Positions 1 to 10,486 of a stretch of 64,000 nucleotides of DNA are shown here, piece after piece. Source of the DNA: Bacteroidota bacterium (GTDB lineage: Bacteria; Bacteroidota; Bacteroidia; AKYH767-A; 2013-40CM-41-45). A program made the translations under genes and the position numbers. The stretch lies in NCBI GenBank assembly GCA_046052345.1, contig JBJOMN010000066.1:13091-77090 (forward strand). The letters are read 5' to 3'. The notes beneath the pieces are model-generated. The model made no database searches and was not told the DNA's origin. It was given only the letters and a program-made list of their open reading frames with translations. Positions within the stretch are counted from its first letter, which is position 1. Each line of letters opens with the position of its first letter.

Positions 1-1152
1 GAAGAATTCATTCATCGTCACGTTTTTCACTCCGACTACATGCCGGTCCGAAAGCTCGATGATCTTGTCAATGAAAAGGAACGGGGGACGATGCGGCAGG
101 ATCTTCATGATGCCGTTGATATCGTACAACGGCTTGGCCTTCGGGTCGTAATTCGGCACCTTCACCTTCAGCTTCTCCTTTTTGACCATTTCACGTATCT
201 GACGGGCAAAAGCGACGTTGGCTACGTGACCGGGACGTGCAGCCAGGATGTGGCCCTTGATCGGGGCCCCCACCAGGGCGAGGTCTCCGACGATATCCAG
301 CAGCTTGTGGCGTGCCGGCTCGTTGATGTAACGGAGCTTGACATGGTTCAGGAAACCGCGCTCCGCCTTGACGTTCTCCTTGTGGAACACCTTGGCGAGT
401 CGGTCCAGCTGGTCCTGAGCGATCGGCTTGTCAACGACCACGATGGCGTTGTTGATGTCGCCGCCTTTGATCAGGTTGTGCTGGAGCAGCATCTCCAGCT
501 CGTGCAGGAACACGAAAGTACGGCTGTCGGCGATCTCGGTCCGGAATTCTCCGACGTTGTAGAGGGTGGCATGCTGCGTCCCAAGGAGGTCGCTGTTGTA
601 ATCGACCATCACGGTGATGCGGTAGTCCTCGCTGGGCACGGCCAGCATCTCCGAACGGCGAGTGGTATCCTCGTAGGTGAGGTTTTCGTTGAGGACGATG
701 TATTTCCTTTCCGCATTCTGCTCCTCAATACCGGCTTTTTCAAGCAGGTCCACGAACGGGCGGGAACTGCCGTCCATGATCGGCATTTCAGGACCGTCGA
801 TCTCCATGAGAACGTTGTCGATTTCCATGCCCACCAATGCCGCCAACACATGCTCGACCGTACTGACCCTTGCCCCGTCCTTTGTAAGGGTGGTACCGCG
901 CTCCGTATCTGTCACATAGTCGACGTCGGCATCGACCACGGGTTGACCGGGAAGATCGACGCGGCGAAATTTGAATCCGTGCCCTTCCGCAGCCGGAAGA
1001 AATCGAAGGGTGACACTGGATCCGGTGTGCAGACCGACGCCCGAAATGGAGACATCCTGACGGATCGTCGTCTGCCGCACAGGGCCGGAAGTTGATTTCA
1101 CGGCCTGTTTTTCGGAAACTTCAGCAGTTGTAAGAATCTGATTTTCAGACAT
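1..1152 (-). CDS. lpxC-fabZ: Bifunctional UDP-3-O-acyl-N-acetylglucosamine deacetylase / (3R)-hydroxyacyl-ACP dehydratase (LpxC-FabZ fusion), 3' end truncated by window edge
   Basis: Minus-strand frame starts ATG at 1152 ([45 protein letters not shown]..., LpxC-like). The FabZ-like motif ([13 protein letters not shown]) lies near coordinate 1. The frame reaches the window edge without a stop, so it is absent from the ORF track. It sits immediately downstream of lpxD, as in Bacteroidetes. The 40..1095 plus-strand ORF is antisense to it. Confidence 0.8.
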   Translation of the reverse strand, partial: MSENQILTTAEVSEKQAVKSTSGPVRQTTIRQDVSISGVGLHTGSSVTLRFLPAAEGHGFKFRRVDLPGQPVVDADVDYVTDTERGTTLTKDGARVSTVEHVLAALVGMEIDNVLMEIDGPEMPIMDGSSRPFVDLLEKAGIEEQNAERKYIVLNENLTYEDTTRRSEMLAVPSEDYRITVMVDYNSDLLGTQHATLYNVGEFRTEIADSRTFVFLHELEMLLQHNLIKGGDINNAIVVVDKPIAQDQLDRLAKVFHKENVKAERGFLNHVKLRYINEPARHKLLDIVGDLALVGAPIKGHILAARPGHVANVAFARQIREMVKKEKLKVKVPNYDPKAKPLYDINGIMKILPHRPPFLFIDKIIELSDRHVVGVKNVTMNEFF

Positions 1153-1259
1153 GTAGTGGTTTATCTAAAAAGAAACGTACCGCTAAAAAGGCTTTCAAAA
1201 GTAGCAATAAACCGAATGGGAATCAATCCGTTCAAGAATACCGGAAACTCCGGGAAAGA

Positions 1260-2294
1260 TCACTTACCGTGACCGTTTTCCAACTCTCGCAAGCGTTTCT
1301 CCAGGGCAGGCAGGTTCCGGAATACGACGTAGGTACGCTTATAATCCCCGATGGCGAAAGCGGGGGAACCCTGCAGTATTTCCCCTTCGACAGTGACACT
1401 TGTTCCTATGCCGGACTGGGCGGCGACTTTGACACCGTCGGCGATAGTGATGTGACCTACGATGCCGACCTGTCCGCCGATCATGCAATTCCTGCCGATC
1501 TTGGTAGAACCTGCTATGCCGGTCTGAGCCGCAACCACGGTGTTCTCTCCAATCTCGACATTATGGGCGATCTGTATCAGGTTGTCCAGTTTCACCCCTT
1601 TGCGGATGATTGTCGATCCAAGCGTCGCACGGTCGATGGTCGTATTCGCTCCGACCTCCACGTGATCCTCGATGATCACATTGCCGATCTGCGCGACTTT
1701 CCTGTAATCGTTACCGTTCACCGGAGCGAACCCGAATCCGTCCGCACCAATGACCACTCCCGCATGCAATGTGACGCCTGCGCCAAGGACGCAGTCGGAA
1801 TAGACTTTGACGCCGGAAAAAAGGGTGGAGCCGTCACCGATGACCACATTGTCACCGACGTAGGCGTGAGGATAGATCTTGACATCGTTGCCAAGCCTGA
1901 CATTCTCGCCGAGGTAGGCGAAAGCACCGACGTAGCAGTCGTTACCCATGACCGCAGAGGTGGAAATGTAGGACGGCTGCTCGATGCCTTTCTTGTCGCG
2001 AAGGATGCTGTTGTATACATCCAGCAGTTTAGCGAACGACTGATAGGCGCTGTCGACCCGGACCAAGGTGGCGCCGGTCTTTTTTTCAGGTACGAAATCC
2101 TTGTCGACGATGACTACTGAAGCCTTTGTCGAATAGACATAAGGTGTGTATTTGGGATTAGCCAGAAAGGTCAGAGAGCCGGGCTCCCCCTCTTCGATCT
2201 TGCTCAACCGGTTGACCCTTACTGCAGGATCGCCATCCACGATTCCGGACAATAACTCACTGATCTGCTGTGCTGAAAACTCCATATCGCTCAA
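1260..2294 (-). CDS. lpxD: UDP-3-O-(3-hydroxymyristoyl)glucosamine N-acyltransferase
   Basis: 344 aa with left-handed beta-helix hexapeptide repeats (IGxxVxIG...) and an N-terminal LpxD domain. Position upstream of lpxC-fabZ. Confidence 0.9.
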   Translation of the reverse strand: MSDMEFSAQQISELLSGIVDGDPAVRVNRLSKIEEGEPGSLTFLANPKYTPYVYSTKASVVIVDKDFVPEKKTGATLVRVDSAYQSFAKLLDVYNSILRDKKGIEQPSYISTSAVMGNDCYVGAFAYLGENVRLGNDVKIYPHAYVGDNVVIGDGSTLFSGVKVYSDCVLGAGVTLHAGVVIGADGFGFAPVNGNDYRKVAQIGNVIIEDHVEVGANTTIDRATLGSTIIRKGVKLDNLIQIAHNVEIGENTVVAAQTGIAGSTKIGRNCMIGGQVGIVGHITIADGVKVAAQSGIGTSVTVEGEILQGSPAFAIGDYKRTYVVFRNLPALEKRLRELENGHGK

Positions 2295-2365
2295 AAACAG
2301 ACGTAATTTACAAAAAATCAGCGATTTATCCTACTGAACTGCGAAAAAAAGCGATTTCAGCCTTT

Positions 2366-3616
2366 TTAGGAGCCGAAATCCGGAAAACAGCAGTAGTGCT
2401 TCAGGACCGGTTCGCTGAGAGCTTTGATGTTAAGGGTATCCGTAGCCTCCGCGATGTCCCTGACCTCTCCGCTTTTGGACAGTATGAGTATTGAGTCTTT
2501 CTCGGTGGAATAAGCGTTGTTAACGATGGTTCCCTCCAGGAAATAATAGTCCATGGCAGATTCATCCAGTCCGAAACGGGAGGCGACGGACGATCGCAGG
2601 CGGTCCGATTCCTCCTGGGTGAACTTCTCCTTCTGCAGTCGAATCTTGAAGAGCCGGCGGTTCATCATCCTCCTGCAAAGATCGGACAGGATGGGATCAG
2701 CGTGCGAAGCCCAAATCTTGATGGACGTGGCGATATCACTGTCATCCAGCAGCGCAAACTCATCCAGCAACTCGGAACGCATCAGGAAATCCTGCCGGGT
2801 AAGATCCTCCAGCAGGAACACCTTCAGCGAGGGAGTGGCGAAAAGCGAAGGGTCTTTGCGGGCAACCTCCTTGGCGCGGCGCAGGATGCCGGTCAGCAGG
2901 CACTCTGCACTGACGACCGTCTTATGCAGGTAAACCTGCCAGTACATCAGCCTTCGGGCTACGATGAATTTCTCGGTGGAATAGATGCCCTTCTCCTCTA
3001 TCACCAGACGGTCGTCTCGAAGCGCCAGCATCTTGATGATACGGTCGAAACTGATGACCCCCTCGGAGACGCCCGTGAAGAATGAATCCCGGTTGAGATA
3101 GTCGAGGCGGTCCATATCCAGCTGACTGGACACCAGCTGGTGCAGGAAACGCTTGTGATAACGGTCCCGGAAGATAGCCAGCGCCATACCCAACCGTCCG
3201 CCGAAGTCCCTGTCGAGCCGGTCCATGAACAACGCCGAAAGCTCTTCATGCCGTACACCGCTGACGATGCTGTTCTCCAGCGCATGGGAGAAAGGGCCAT
3301 GTCCGATATCGTGAAGGAGAATAGCGATGGTGACTGCCTCCTCCTCTTCCTCGGAGATGTCGTTGCCCTTGGAACGCAGTACTTCGACGGCCTGCCCCAT
3401 GAGGTGCATGGCCCCGAGCGCATGGTGGAAACGCGTATGGTGAGCCCCCGGGTAAACCAGGTGTGTCATACCGAGTTGCCGTATACGGCGCAGACGCTGG
3501 AAGAAAGGATGTTCAATCAGCCGGTAGACACTGTCGAAAGGGATCTGCATCAACCCGTAAATAGGGTCGTTGATGATCTTCAGGTGGTTCGAAGGGGTTT
3601 CCATGCAGCTTTGCAA
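2366..3616 (-). CDS. HD-domain metal-dependent phosphohydrolase (dGTPase-like HD superfamily)
   Basis: 416 aa with an HD motif region (ILLHDIGHGPFSH ... DRLDYLNRD). Conserved neighbour of lpxD in Bacteroidetes. Confidence 0.75.
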   Translation of the reverse strand: MQSCMETPSNHLKIINDPIYGLMQIPFDSVYRLIEHPFFQRLRRIRQLGMTHLVYPGAHHTRFHHALGAMHLMGQAVEVLRSKGNDISEEEEEAVTIAILLHDIGHGPFSHALENSIVSGVRHEELSALFMDRLDRDFGGRLGMALAIFRDRYHKRFLHQLVSSQLDMDRLDYLNRDSFFTGVSEGVISFDRIIKMLALRDDRLVIEEKGIYSTEKFIVARRLMYWQVYLHKTVVSAECLLTGILRRAKEVARKDPSLFATPSLKVFLLEDLTRQDFLMRSELLDEFALLDDSDIATSIKIWASHADPILSDLCRRMMNRRLFKIRLQKEKFTQEESDRLRSSVASRFGLDESAMDYYFLEGTIVNNAYSTEKDSILILSKSGEVRDIAEATDTLNIKALSEPVLKHYCCFPDFGS

Positions 3617-3787
3617 ATATCGCTTTTCCTGCCTTTTCCCTGACCGCCGGAAGGAGAATTAGACCGTTCACAATAAACGGAAGGTAGTCTCGTTAAGGAG
3701 AGCAGCAATCCCACGCAAAAGCCTATGTTTAGCCCTGCTATTCCTACCTTTACAGCCGACCGGCAGACCGCCGCTCCCTACATCCCT

Positions 3788-5344
3788 ATGGACCGGATAT
3801 CCATTCTTTGGGCCGACGACGAAGTCGACCTGTTACGCCCTCACCAGCTTTTCCTACAGGAGAAAGGCTACGAGGTGGTCACCGTGAGCAACGGCGAGGA
3901 CGCTTTGGATCTCGCTGCCAAGCGGCATTTCGATATCGTCTTCCTGGACGAGAACATGCCCGGGCTGTCCGGACTGGAGACGCTTTCCAGGATGAAGAAC
4001 ATACGTCCCGAAACGCCTGTGGTCATGATCACCAAGAGTGAGGAAGAAAAGATCATGGAGGAGGCCATCGGCAGCAAGATCGCCGACTACCTCATCAAGC
4101 CCGTCAACCCCAACCAGATTCTCCTTTCGCTGAAGAAGATCCTGGACAACCGCAGGATCATCAGCCTGAAGACCGCCTCTGCCTACCAGCAGGAGTTCCG
4201 CAATATCGGCATGACCTTGAGCGACCGTTTGAGCTGGCAGGAGTGGACCGATGTATACCGTCGTCTGGTCTTCTGGGAGCTGGAATTGGAAAAGAGCGCC
4301 GACGAGAGCATGTACGAGATCCTCACTTCTCAGAAGAACGAAGCGAACAATCTTTTCGCGCGCTTTGTCGAGAACAACTACCTCAAATGGCTGAAGGCTC
4401 CCGAAAAGGAGGTTCCCGTAATGTCGCATACGCTCATGAAGCGGAAAGTCCTGCCGACAGTCGATGCGTCAAGCGAGCCCGTATTCCTGATCCTCATCGA
4501 TAACCTGAGGTACGACCAATGGCGCATTCTCCAGCCGGTACTCAACCGGTATTTCCGTACGCTGGAGGACGACCTTTACTGCGCCATCCTTCCCACGGCG
4601 ACCCAATATGCCCGTAATGCACTCTTCGCCGGACTGATGCCGGCCGAGATCGAAGCACGATTCCCTAAACTCTGGCTGAACGACGAGGACGAAGGCGGCA
4701 AGAACATGCACGAGGAGGAATTCCTGAACGACCTTCTGAAACGCAACAGGAAGGAATACAAATCCTCCTATACGAAGATCACCAACCTGAATGACGGGAA
4801 GAAGTTGGCGGACGACCTCCACCTGATGATGCAGAACAAGTTAAACGTGATCGTGTACAATTTCGTCGACATGCTTTCCCATGCCCGAACGGAGATGGAG
4901 ATGATCCGTGAACTGGCGGACGACGAAGCGGCATACCGTTCACTCACGTTATCCTGGTTCGAACACTCTCCGCTCTTTGATGCGATCAAACGACTTGCCG
5001 ACAAGAAAGTGAAGATGATCATCACCACCGACCACGGCACCATCCGGGTGAAGGAGCCGGTGAAGATCGTCGGCGACCGCACACTTAACACCAACCTGCG
5101 CTACAAGCAGGGACGGAACATGAACTACGACAGGAAGCAGGTGTTCGAGATCAAGAACCCTGCGGATGCCGGACTTCCGCGGCAGCATCTTTCGCAAGCC
5201 TTCGTCTTCGCCCGGAAAGACGACTTCTTCGCCTATCCGAACAATTACAACCATTACGTCTCCTATTACCGGAACACACTGCAGCACGGTGGCATTTCCC
5301 TGGAAGAGATGATCGTCCCCTTCGCAGTGCTTTCCGCCAAGTGA
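3788..5344 (+). CDS. porX: PorX-like response regulator: CheY receiver fused to PglZ (alkaline-phosphatase superfamily) domain
   Basis: Start moved to the internal ATG (MDRISILWADDEVDLL...), giving 518 aa. The N-terminus is a receiver domain (phospho-acceptor region DIVFLDENMPGLSG). The C-terminus is a PglZ-like domain (ITTDHGTIRV). Length and architecture match the T9SS regulator PorX. Confidence 0.8.
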   Translation: MDRISILWADDEVDLLRPHQLFLQEKGYEVVTVSNGEDALDLAAKRHFDIVFLDENMPGLSGLETLSRMKNIRPETPVVMITKSEEEKIMEEAIGSKIADYLIKPVNPNQILLSLKKILDNRRIISLKTASAYQQEFRNIGMTLSDRLSWQEWTDVYRRLVFWELELEKSADESMYEILTSQKNEANNLFARFVENNYLKWLKAPEKEVPVMSHTLMKRKVLPTVDASSEPVFLILIDNLRYDQWRILQPVLNRYFRTLEDDLYCAILPTATQYARNALFAGLMPAEIEARFPKLWLNDEDEGGKNMHEEEFLNDLLKRNRKEYKSSYTKITNLNDGKKLADDLHLMMQNKLNVIVYNFVDMLSHARTEMEMIRELADDEAAYRSLTLSWFEHSPLFDAIKRLADKKVKMIITTDHGTIRVKEPVKIVGDRTLNTNLRYKQGRNMNYDRKQVFEIKNPADAGLPRQHLSQAFVFARKDDFFAYPNNYNHYVSYYRNTLQHGGISLEEMIVPFAVLSAK

Positions 5345-5370
5345 TACCCGATTTGCCGGTTTTCCGGAAA

Positions 5371-5402
5371 CGGCCGTCCCCCGGGGCGGCTGTTTCATTT
5401 TT
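5371..5402 (+). terminator. Imperfect GC hairpin plus T-run after porX
   Basis: cggccgtcccccggggcggctg followed by tttcatttttgg. Confidence 0.4.
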
Positions 5403-5474
5403 GGTTTAAGATGAATTTTTAGGGCCAAAACAGGCTGTTTTCTCATTTTCATACTGCCTTCATCCCTTTCGGGA

Positions 5475-5482
5475 TACTTTTG
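5475..5482 (+). promoter_or_regulatory. Bacteroidetes sigmaA -7 element (TAcTTTTG) upstream of the DUF1573 pair
   Basis: tacttttg matches the TAnnTTTG consensus, about 70 nt upstream of the ATG at 5553. No clean -33 TTTG at 19 nt spacing. Confidence 0.35.
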
Positions 5483-5552
5483 GCAAACAATTTGCAAAGG
5501 GAGACGTAACAATCACCCCGATCATCACTCGGCTAAAAAATCCGACCCCGTC

Positions 5553-6053
5553 ATGAAAAAAATGAAACTTCCCCTAAAAGCCGCCCTGCTCGGGCTGCTC
5601 ATCAGCACCTCCTGGAGCTGGAGTGCTGCCGCACAGGATGCGCCTGCACCTGCCAAGGAGGATAACCCCAACGCTCCTGAGATAACCTTCGAAACAGAGG
5701 TTCACGATTACGGCACGATCAAGCAGGGTGCTGACGGCAACTGCGAATTCAAATTCAAGAACACCGGCAAAGAGCCGCTGATCATCTCCAATGCCAAAGG
5801 AAGCTGCGGCTGCACAGTGCCCACCTACCCGAAGGAGCCCATCATGAAAGGCCAGACCGGCATCATCAAAGTCCACTACGACACCAAACGTGTCGGCGCC
5901 TTCACGAAAACGGTCACGCTCAACTCCAACGCAAAGACGGACACCAAGACACTTACCATAAAAGGCGTCGTGGAGGCCGTGGAAGACCAGCCGGCGGAAC
6001 AGGCCACTCCATTCAAGAAGACCGGAGGCATGCCGCTGGAAAACAGCAAGTGA
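5553..6053 (+). CDS. DUF1573 domain secreted protein (paralog 1)
   Basis: Signal peptide. Conserved core NTGKEPLIISNAKGSCGCTVPTYPKEPI typical of DUF1573 (ASH-like beta-sandwich). Confidence 0.8.
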   Translation: MKKMKLPLKAALLGLLISTSWSWSAAAQDAPAPAKEDNPNAPEITFETEVHDYGTIKQGADGNCEFKFKNTGKEPLIISNAKGSCGCTVPTYPKEPIMKGQTGIIKVHYDTKRVGAFTKTVTLNSNAKTDTKTLTIKGVVEAVEDQPAEQATPFKKTGGMPLENSK

Positions 6054-6103
6054 AATCAACAAATAAGCAAATATCTCATTCACACTAAAAACCGAAAGTA
6101 ATC

Positions 6104-6559
6104 ATGAAAAAAGTACTGTTAGCCGCTTCACTTTGCCTCTCCGTGGCATTCGTCAACGCGCAATCTTCCACCAATGCTCCTGTGCTTCAGCCTCAGGAGA
6201 ACAAGAATGCTCCTGAAATCAAGTTCACGGTCGAAGAGTACAACTTCGGCACCATCAAGCAGGGCGACAAAGTCACTTACGACTTCAACTTCGAGAACTC
6301 CGGCAAAGAGCCGTTGATCATCTCCTCCGCTCAGGGATCCTGCGGATGCACCGTTCCCCAGTGGCCGAAAGAGCCGATCACCAAAGGCGGCAAAGGAACC
6401 ATCCACGTCGAATTCAACTCTGCCGGTAAAATGGGCATGCAGGACAAGACGGTCACCATCAGCTCTAACGCCAAGTCCGGCCAGAAAGTCCTTCACCTGA
6501 AAGGAAACGTTGAAGCCGTTCCGGCAGACAACACCGCAGCTCCTGCTGAGAAGAAGTAA
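6104..6559 (+). CDS. DUF1573 domain secreted protein (paralog 2)
   Basis: Signal peptide. Same core (NSGKEPLIISSAQGSCGCTVPQWPKEPI). Tandem duplicate of the previous gene. Confidence 0.8.
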   Translation: MKKVLLAASLCLSVAFVNAQSSTNAPVLQPQENKNAPEIKFTVEEYNFGTIKQGDKVTYDFNFENSGKEPLIISSAQGSCGCTVPQWPKEPITKGGKGTIHVEFNSAGKMGMQDKTVTISSNAKSGQKVLHLKGNVEAVPADNTAAPAEKK

Positions 6560-6583
6560 TCCTCGCAGAAATTGCTTAAATTT

Positions 6584-6615
6584 GAAGCCCTTCCTCGTGA
6601 AGGGCTTCTTTTTTT
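6584..6615 (+). terminator. Rho-independent terminator
   Basis: gaagcccttc ctcgt gaagggcttc followed by ttttttt. Confidence 0.7.
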
Positions 6616-6630
6616 ACCACCCTACGGATC

Positions 6631-7857
6631 ATGCCGCACGTTTCAAAAAAAGGGCAGGAAATGCCCCCATCCCCCATCCGCAAACTTGTTCCTTTTGCCG
6701 AAAAGGCCAAAAAAGAAGGGCGCAAGATCTATCATCTGAATATCGGTCAGCCGGACATCGAAACTCCCGAGACGATGCTGAAAGCGATACACGAGTTTCC
6801 GCTGAAGGTGGTGGAATACAGCCATTCGGCCGGCATCGAATCCTATCGCAGGAAGCTGACCACCTATTACAAGAGGTACGGCATATCACTGGATTATACC
6901 GAGATCATGGTGACCACCGGCGGTTCGGAGGCCATCGAGATCGCGATGATGAGCGCATTGAACGAAGGAGACGAGGTCATCATTCCCGAACCGTTTTACG
7001 CCAATTACAACGGCTTCTCCACCCAGGCGAATGTCAAAGTGGTGCCTATCCGCTCTACCATCGACACCGGCTTCGCGCTGCCGCCCGTTGAAGAGTTCGA
7101 AAAGCTGATTACGCCGCGTACACGTGCGATCATGATCTGCAATCCGAACAACCCGACGGGCTATCTGTACTCCCGCGAGGAACTCGAATCCCTGAAGGAA
7201 ATCGTCCGCAAGCACGATCTCTGGCTGTTCTCCGACGAGGTGTACAGGGAATTCTGTTACGACGGAAAACAGTACTTCTCCGTCATGAACCTGGAAGGGA
7301 TCGAACAGAACGTGGTCATGCTGGACTCCATCTCCAAACGCTACAGTGCGTGCGGAGCGCGTATCGGCGCTCTTATTTCCCGCAATAAGGACCTCATGGC
7401 TACCGCGCTGAAGTTCGCCCAGGCCAGGCTCAGTCCGCCGACGTTCGGTCAGGTGGCCGCAGAAGCGGCGATTGACACTCCCGACAGCTACTTTGAAAAG
7501 GTGAAGGCGGAATATGTTTCGCGCAGGGACTTTGTCGTGGAGGCACTCAACCGGATGGAAGGCGTCTACTGTCCGAAACCGAGCGGCGCATTCTATTGCA
7601 TCGCCCGGCTCCCTATCGACAATGCTGACAAGTTCTGTCAGTGGCTGTTGGAGAAATTCTCGTTCGAGAACCGGACGGTCATGCTCGCTCCTGCCACCGG
7701 CTTCTACTCCAATCCCTCCTTAGGGACCGACGAGGTGCGTATCGCCTATGTTCTGAACAAGGAAGACTTGGGACACGCCATGCAGTGTCTCGACGAAGCG
7801 CTGAAGGTCTATCCGGGAAGAAGGATCGAAGCCGGCGTACTCAACACAGCCGGATAA
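6631..7857 (+). CDS. Pyridoxal-phosphate-dependent aminotransferase, class I/II (aspartate/aromatic aminotransferase-like)
   Basis: 408 aa with aminotransferase class I motifs (NPNNPTGY, SKRYSACGARIG). Alternative start at ATG 6661 (MPPSPIRKL). Confidence 0.85.
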   Translation: MPHVSKKGQEMPPSPIRKLVPFAEKAKKEGRKIYHLNIGQPDIETPETMLKAIHEFPLKVVEYSHSAGIESYRRKLTTYYKRYGISLDYTEIMVTTGGSEAIEIAMMSALNEGDEVIIPEPFYANYNGFSTQANVKVVPIRSTIDTGFALPPVEEFEKLITPRTRAIMICNPNNPTGYLYSREELESLKEIVRKHDLWLFSDEVYREFCYDGKQYFSVMNLEGIEQNVVMLDSISKRYSACGARIGALISRNKDLMATALKFAQARLSPPTFGQVAAEAAIDTPDSYFEKVKAEYVSRRDFVVEALNRMEGVYCPKPSGAFYCIARLPIDNADKFCQWLLEKFSFENRTVMLAPATGFYSNPSLGTDEVRIAYVLNKEDLGHAMQCLDEALKVYPGRRIEAGVLNTAG

Positions 7858-7860
7858 TAC

Positions 7861-9111
7861 TCACTCGAAGTCAGGATAAAGCAGATAGTTGGCGCGAACA
7901 GTCTTATAGTCCCGGAGTTCCTTTTCCCAGCTCTTACGGATTTCATCTTCGCTCAGCCCCTTTTTGATTTGCTGCTGTAAATCGGCGGTCCCTGCCAGCT
8001 TGCTGAAGAAGGGAGTAAAAAACCGATCCTTGTCAGGATAGGCCGCATAAGCCTGCAAGAGCCACTTGAGTTCCAATCGTGTCGGATATCTCCCGCCGGA
8101 GGGGTCGTAGCTGTTGCGCAGGTCGGTACCGTGACAAAGGGTATCCGCATAGGGCGGGTTCACGGCGACTCCCGGAATATTACGCGGCTTGAACGAAAAA
8201 TCCCCGGCGGCGAATTCCGGAAATCCGAAACACTCGAACGGATATTCGGTTCCACGACCGAGGCTGACCCTCGTGCCCTCAAAAAAGCAGAGGGAAGGGT
8301 ACAGTAAAATGGCATTCATATTCCTCAGGTTGGGAGAAGGTCGGCTGTCGATGACCGCCGGCAAACGGTGGGAATAATTCAGCATGGTAATCACTTTCAA
8401 CTTACAGGGCTTAGCGGATTTCAACCAGCCCTCCCCTGACAGCATACGGGCATACTCGCCTACCGTGCACCCGTGCACCACGGGAACAGGATTCATTCCT
8501 ACGAACGAGCGATAGGCCGTATCCAGCACCGGCCCGTCGATATAATGACCGTTCGGATCGGGGCGGTCAAGCACGATGAATTCGATATCACGGTCGGCGG
8601 CGGCCTCCATGACATATTGCAAGGTGGATATGTAGGTATAAAACCTTACTCCTACGTCCTGGATATCAAACACGACCACATCCACCCCTTCGAGATCTTG
8701 CGGGTCAGGTTTCAGTTTCTTACCGTACAGCGAAACGACCTGTATGCCGGTTTGCGGATCTCTTCCGTCCTTGACGTGGTCGCCGGCACCGGCTTCCCCT
8801 CTGAAACCATGTTCAGGAGCGAACACCCGCTTCACGTCGACCTTGGCCGAAACCAATATGTCTACAAGATGTCTGTCGCCGGAAACGGAAGTCTGATTGG
8901 CGACGACGGCAACGACCTTGCCTTTGAGAAGCGGCAGGTATTGATCTGTGCGGTCCGCACCGGTCATGAGTTCGTATCCGAAGACGGTCTTAGCCTTTCC
9001 TGCGGAGTCACCGCTCACCGCTTCCGTTGTGCGAGCCGCCGGCCGACTGCAGGAAAATAGCAGGAGCAGTACGGGAAGAAGGGAGGAAAAGGATGGCCGG
9101 TAAGGGGTCAT
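7861..9111 (-). CDS. DUF1343 family lipoprotein (NamZ-like exo-beta-N-acetylmuramidase family)
   Basis: 416 aa with signal peptide and lipobox (LLFSCS). DUF1343-like conserved blocks. Convergent with the aminotransferase, 3-nt gap. Confidence 0.7.
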   Translation of the reverse strand: MTPYRPSFSSLLPVLLLLFSCSRPAARTTEAVSGDSAGKAKTVFGYELMTGADRTDQYLPLLKGKVVAVVANQTSVSGDRHLVDILVSAKVDVKRVFAPEHGFRGEAGAGDHVKDGRDPQTGIQVVSLYGKKLKPDPQDLEGVDVVVFDIQDVGVRFYTYISTLQYVMEAAADRDIEFIVLDRPDPNGHYIDGPVLDTAYRSFVGMNPVPVVHGCTVGEYARMLSGEGWLKSAKPCKLKVITMLNYSHRLPAVIDSRPSPNLRNMNAILLYPSLCFFEGTRVSLGRGTEYPFECFGFPEFAAGDFSFKPRNIPGVAVNPPYADTLCHGTDLRNSYDPSGGRYPTRLELKWLLQAYAAYPDKDRFFTPFFSKLAGTADLQQQIKKGLSEDEIRKSWEKELRDYKTVRANYLLYPDFE

Positions 9112-9169
9112 TCGACAGAGCTTATGATGTATCTTTATCGCAGTCAGGTAAAGCTACAAACTTTCCTTC

Positions 9170-10393
9170 GTGAGCACTGAACGCCTCATCGCCCGTCGCA
9201 TCGTTTTTTCCACGGAAGGCCGTCGACGCCTCTCCCGCCCGGTGACACGCATCGCCACTTTCGGAATCATTCTAGGATGTGCAGTCATGGTGCTTGCGGT
9301 TTCGATCGTAGACGGTTTCAAGAAGGAGATACGCGACAAGCTGACGGGCTTCAACGGTCATATTCAGGTCAGCCGTTTCGACCGGAACTTCAGCTACGAG
9401 TCCACGCCTTTTTCCATGAATGCTTCCGAGGAACGGTTCCTGAAAGGACTCCCGGAAGTCCGGCATGTCCAGCATTTCGCCACCAAGGCCGGCATCCTGA
9501 AAAAAGGCTCCGCCCTGCTCGGTGTCGTGGCAAAAGGTGTCGATACGTCCTATGACTGGACGTTTTTCCGTAAGAACCTGCTCCAAGGACGTGTATTGAA
9601 TGCCGCAGCAGTGAACCCTTTGAATGAAGCGGTCATCTCCGAATCAATGGCGGTAAAACTCAATGTGAGTGTCGGAGATTCGCTGGTGATGTATTTCATA
9701 CAGGACCCTCCCAGGGCGCGCAAGATCCATATTGCCGGGATTTACGCGACGGGATTCGAGGAATTCGACAAGTTATACCTGTTGTGTGATATCGGGCTGA
9801 TACGAAAACTCAACGGATGGGAGCAGGAAGAGACAGGCGGCATCGAAATACAGCTGCAGGAGACCGACGGATTAGAAGAGACCACGCAGAAAATCTATGC
9901 GGGCCTGGCTTCAGACCTGAATGCACGCTCAATTCGGGAGATGTATCCGCAGATATTCGACTGGCTGGAGCTGCAGGATGTGAATGCGGCCATCATCATC
10001 GCTTTGATGGTTATTGTATCCGGAATCAATATGATTTCCGCTTTGCTGGTCGTACTCCTGGAACGTATCGGAATGATCGGGACCATGAAAGCCATCGGCA
10101 GCTCGGACGGACAGCTGAGGCGCATATTCCTTTGGGTATCCTTCTATATCGTGGGGAGAGGAGTCCTTCTGGGCAATGCTATCGGTATAGGACTGGTGCT
10201 GCTGCAGCAGCAGTTGCATCTGGTCCCGTTGGAGCGCGCGTCCTATTATATCGACTACGTGCCTGTCCTGTTGGACCCGTTGAAACTGTTATTGCTGACG
10301 GGGGGCACCTTGGCAGCCTGCGTCAGCCTTCTGGTATTGCCCACCCTGATGATCCGAAAAGTGCAGCCGGTCAGCGCCCTCAGGTTCTCCTAA
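9170..10393 (+). CDS. ABC transporter permease, FtsX/LolE-like (4 TM helices, large periplasmic loop)
   Basis: GTG start. FtsX-type topology and a C-terminal conserved region. No adjacent ATPase gene. Confidence 0.75.
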   Translation: MSTERLIARRIVFSTEGRRRLSRPVTRIATFGIILGCAVMVLAVSIVDGFKKEIRDKLTGFNGHIQVSRFDRNFSYESTPFSMNASEERFLKGLPEVRHVQHFATKAGILKKGSALLGVVAKGVDTSYDWTFFRKNLLQGRVLNAAAVNPLNEAVISESMAVKLNVSVGDSLVMYFIQDPPRARKIHIAGIYATGFEEFDKLYLLCDIGLIRKLNGWEQEETGGIEIQLQETDGLEETTQKIYAGLASDLNARSIREMYPQIFDWLELQDVNAAIIIALMVIVSGINMISALLVVLLERIGMIGTMKAIGSSDGQLRRIFLWVSFYIVGRGVLLGNAIGIGLVLLQQQLHLVPLERASYYIDYVPVLLDPLKLLLLTGGTLAACVSLLVLPTLMIRKVQPVSALRFS

Positions 10394-10486
10394 GGGTGCT
10401 TTTTTTTGCGTATCTTTGTTTATGATTCACCCTAAGCTTTTTATCGCTAAATGGTGATAAAATATTGATTATTAATACTATATAAA

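Noticed and set aside
40-1095. 351-aa plus-strand ORF at the window start
   Set aside because: It is antisense to the LpxC-FabZ frame, which has clear motifs. No recognisable domain. A long antisense ORF is expected in high-GC coding DNA.
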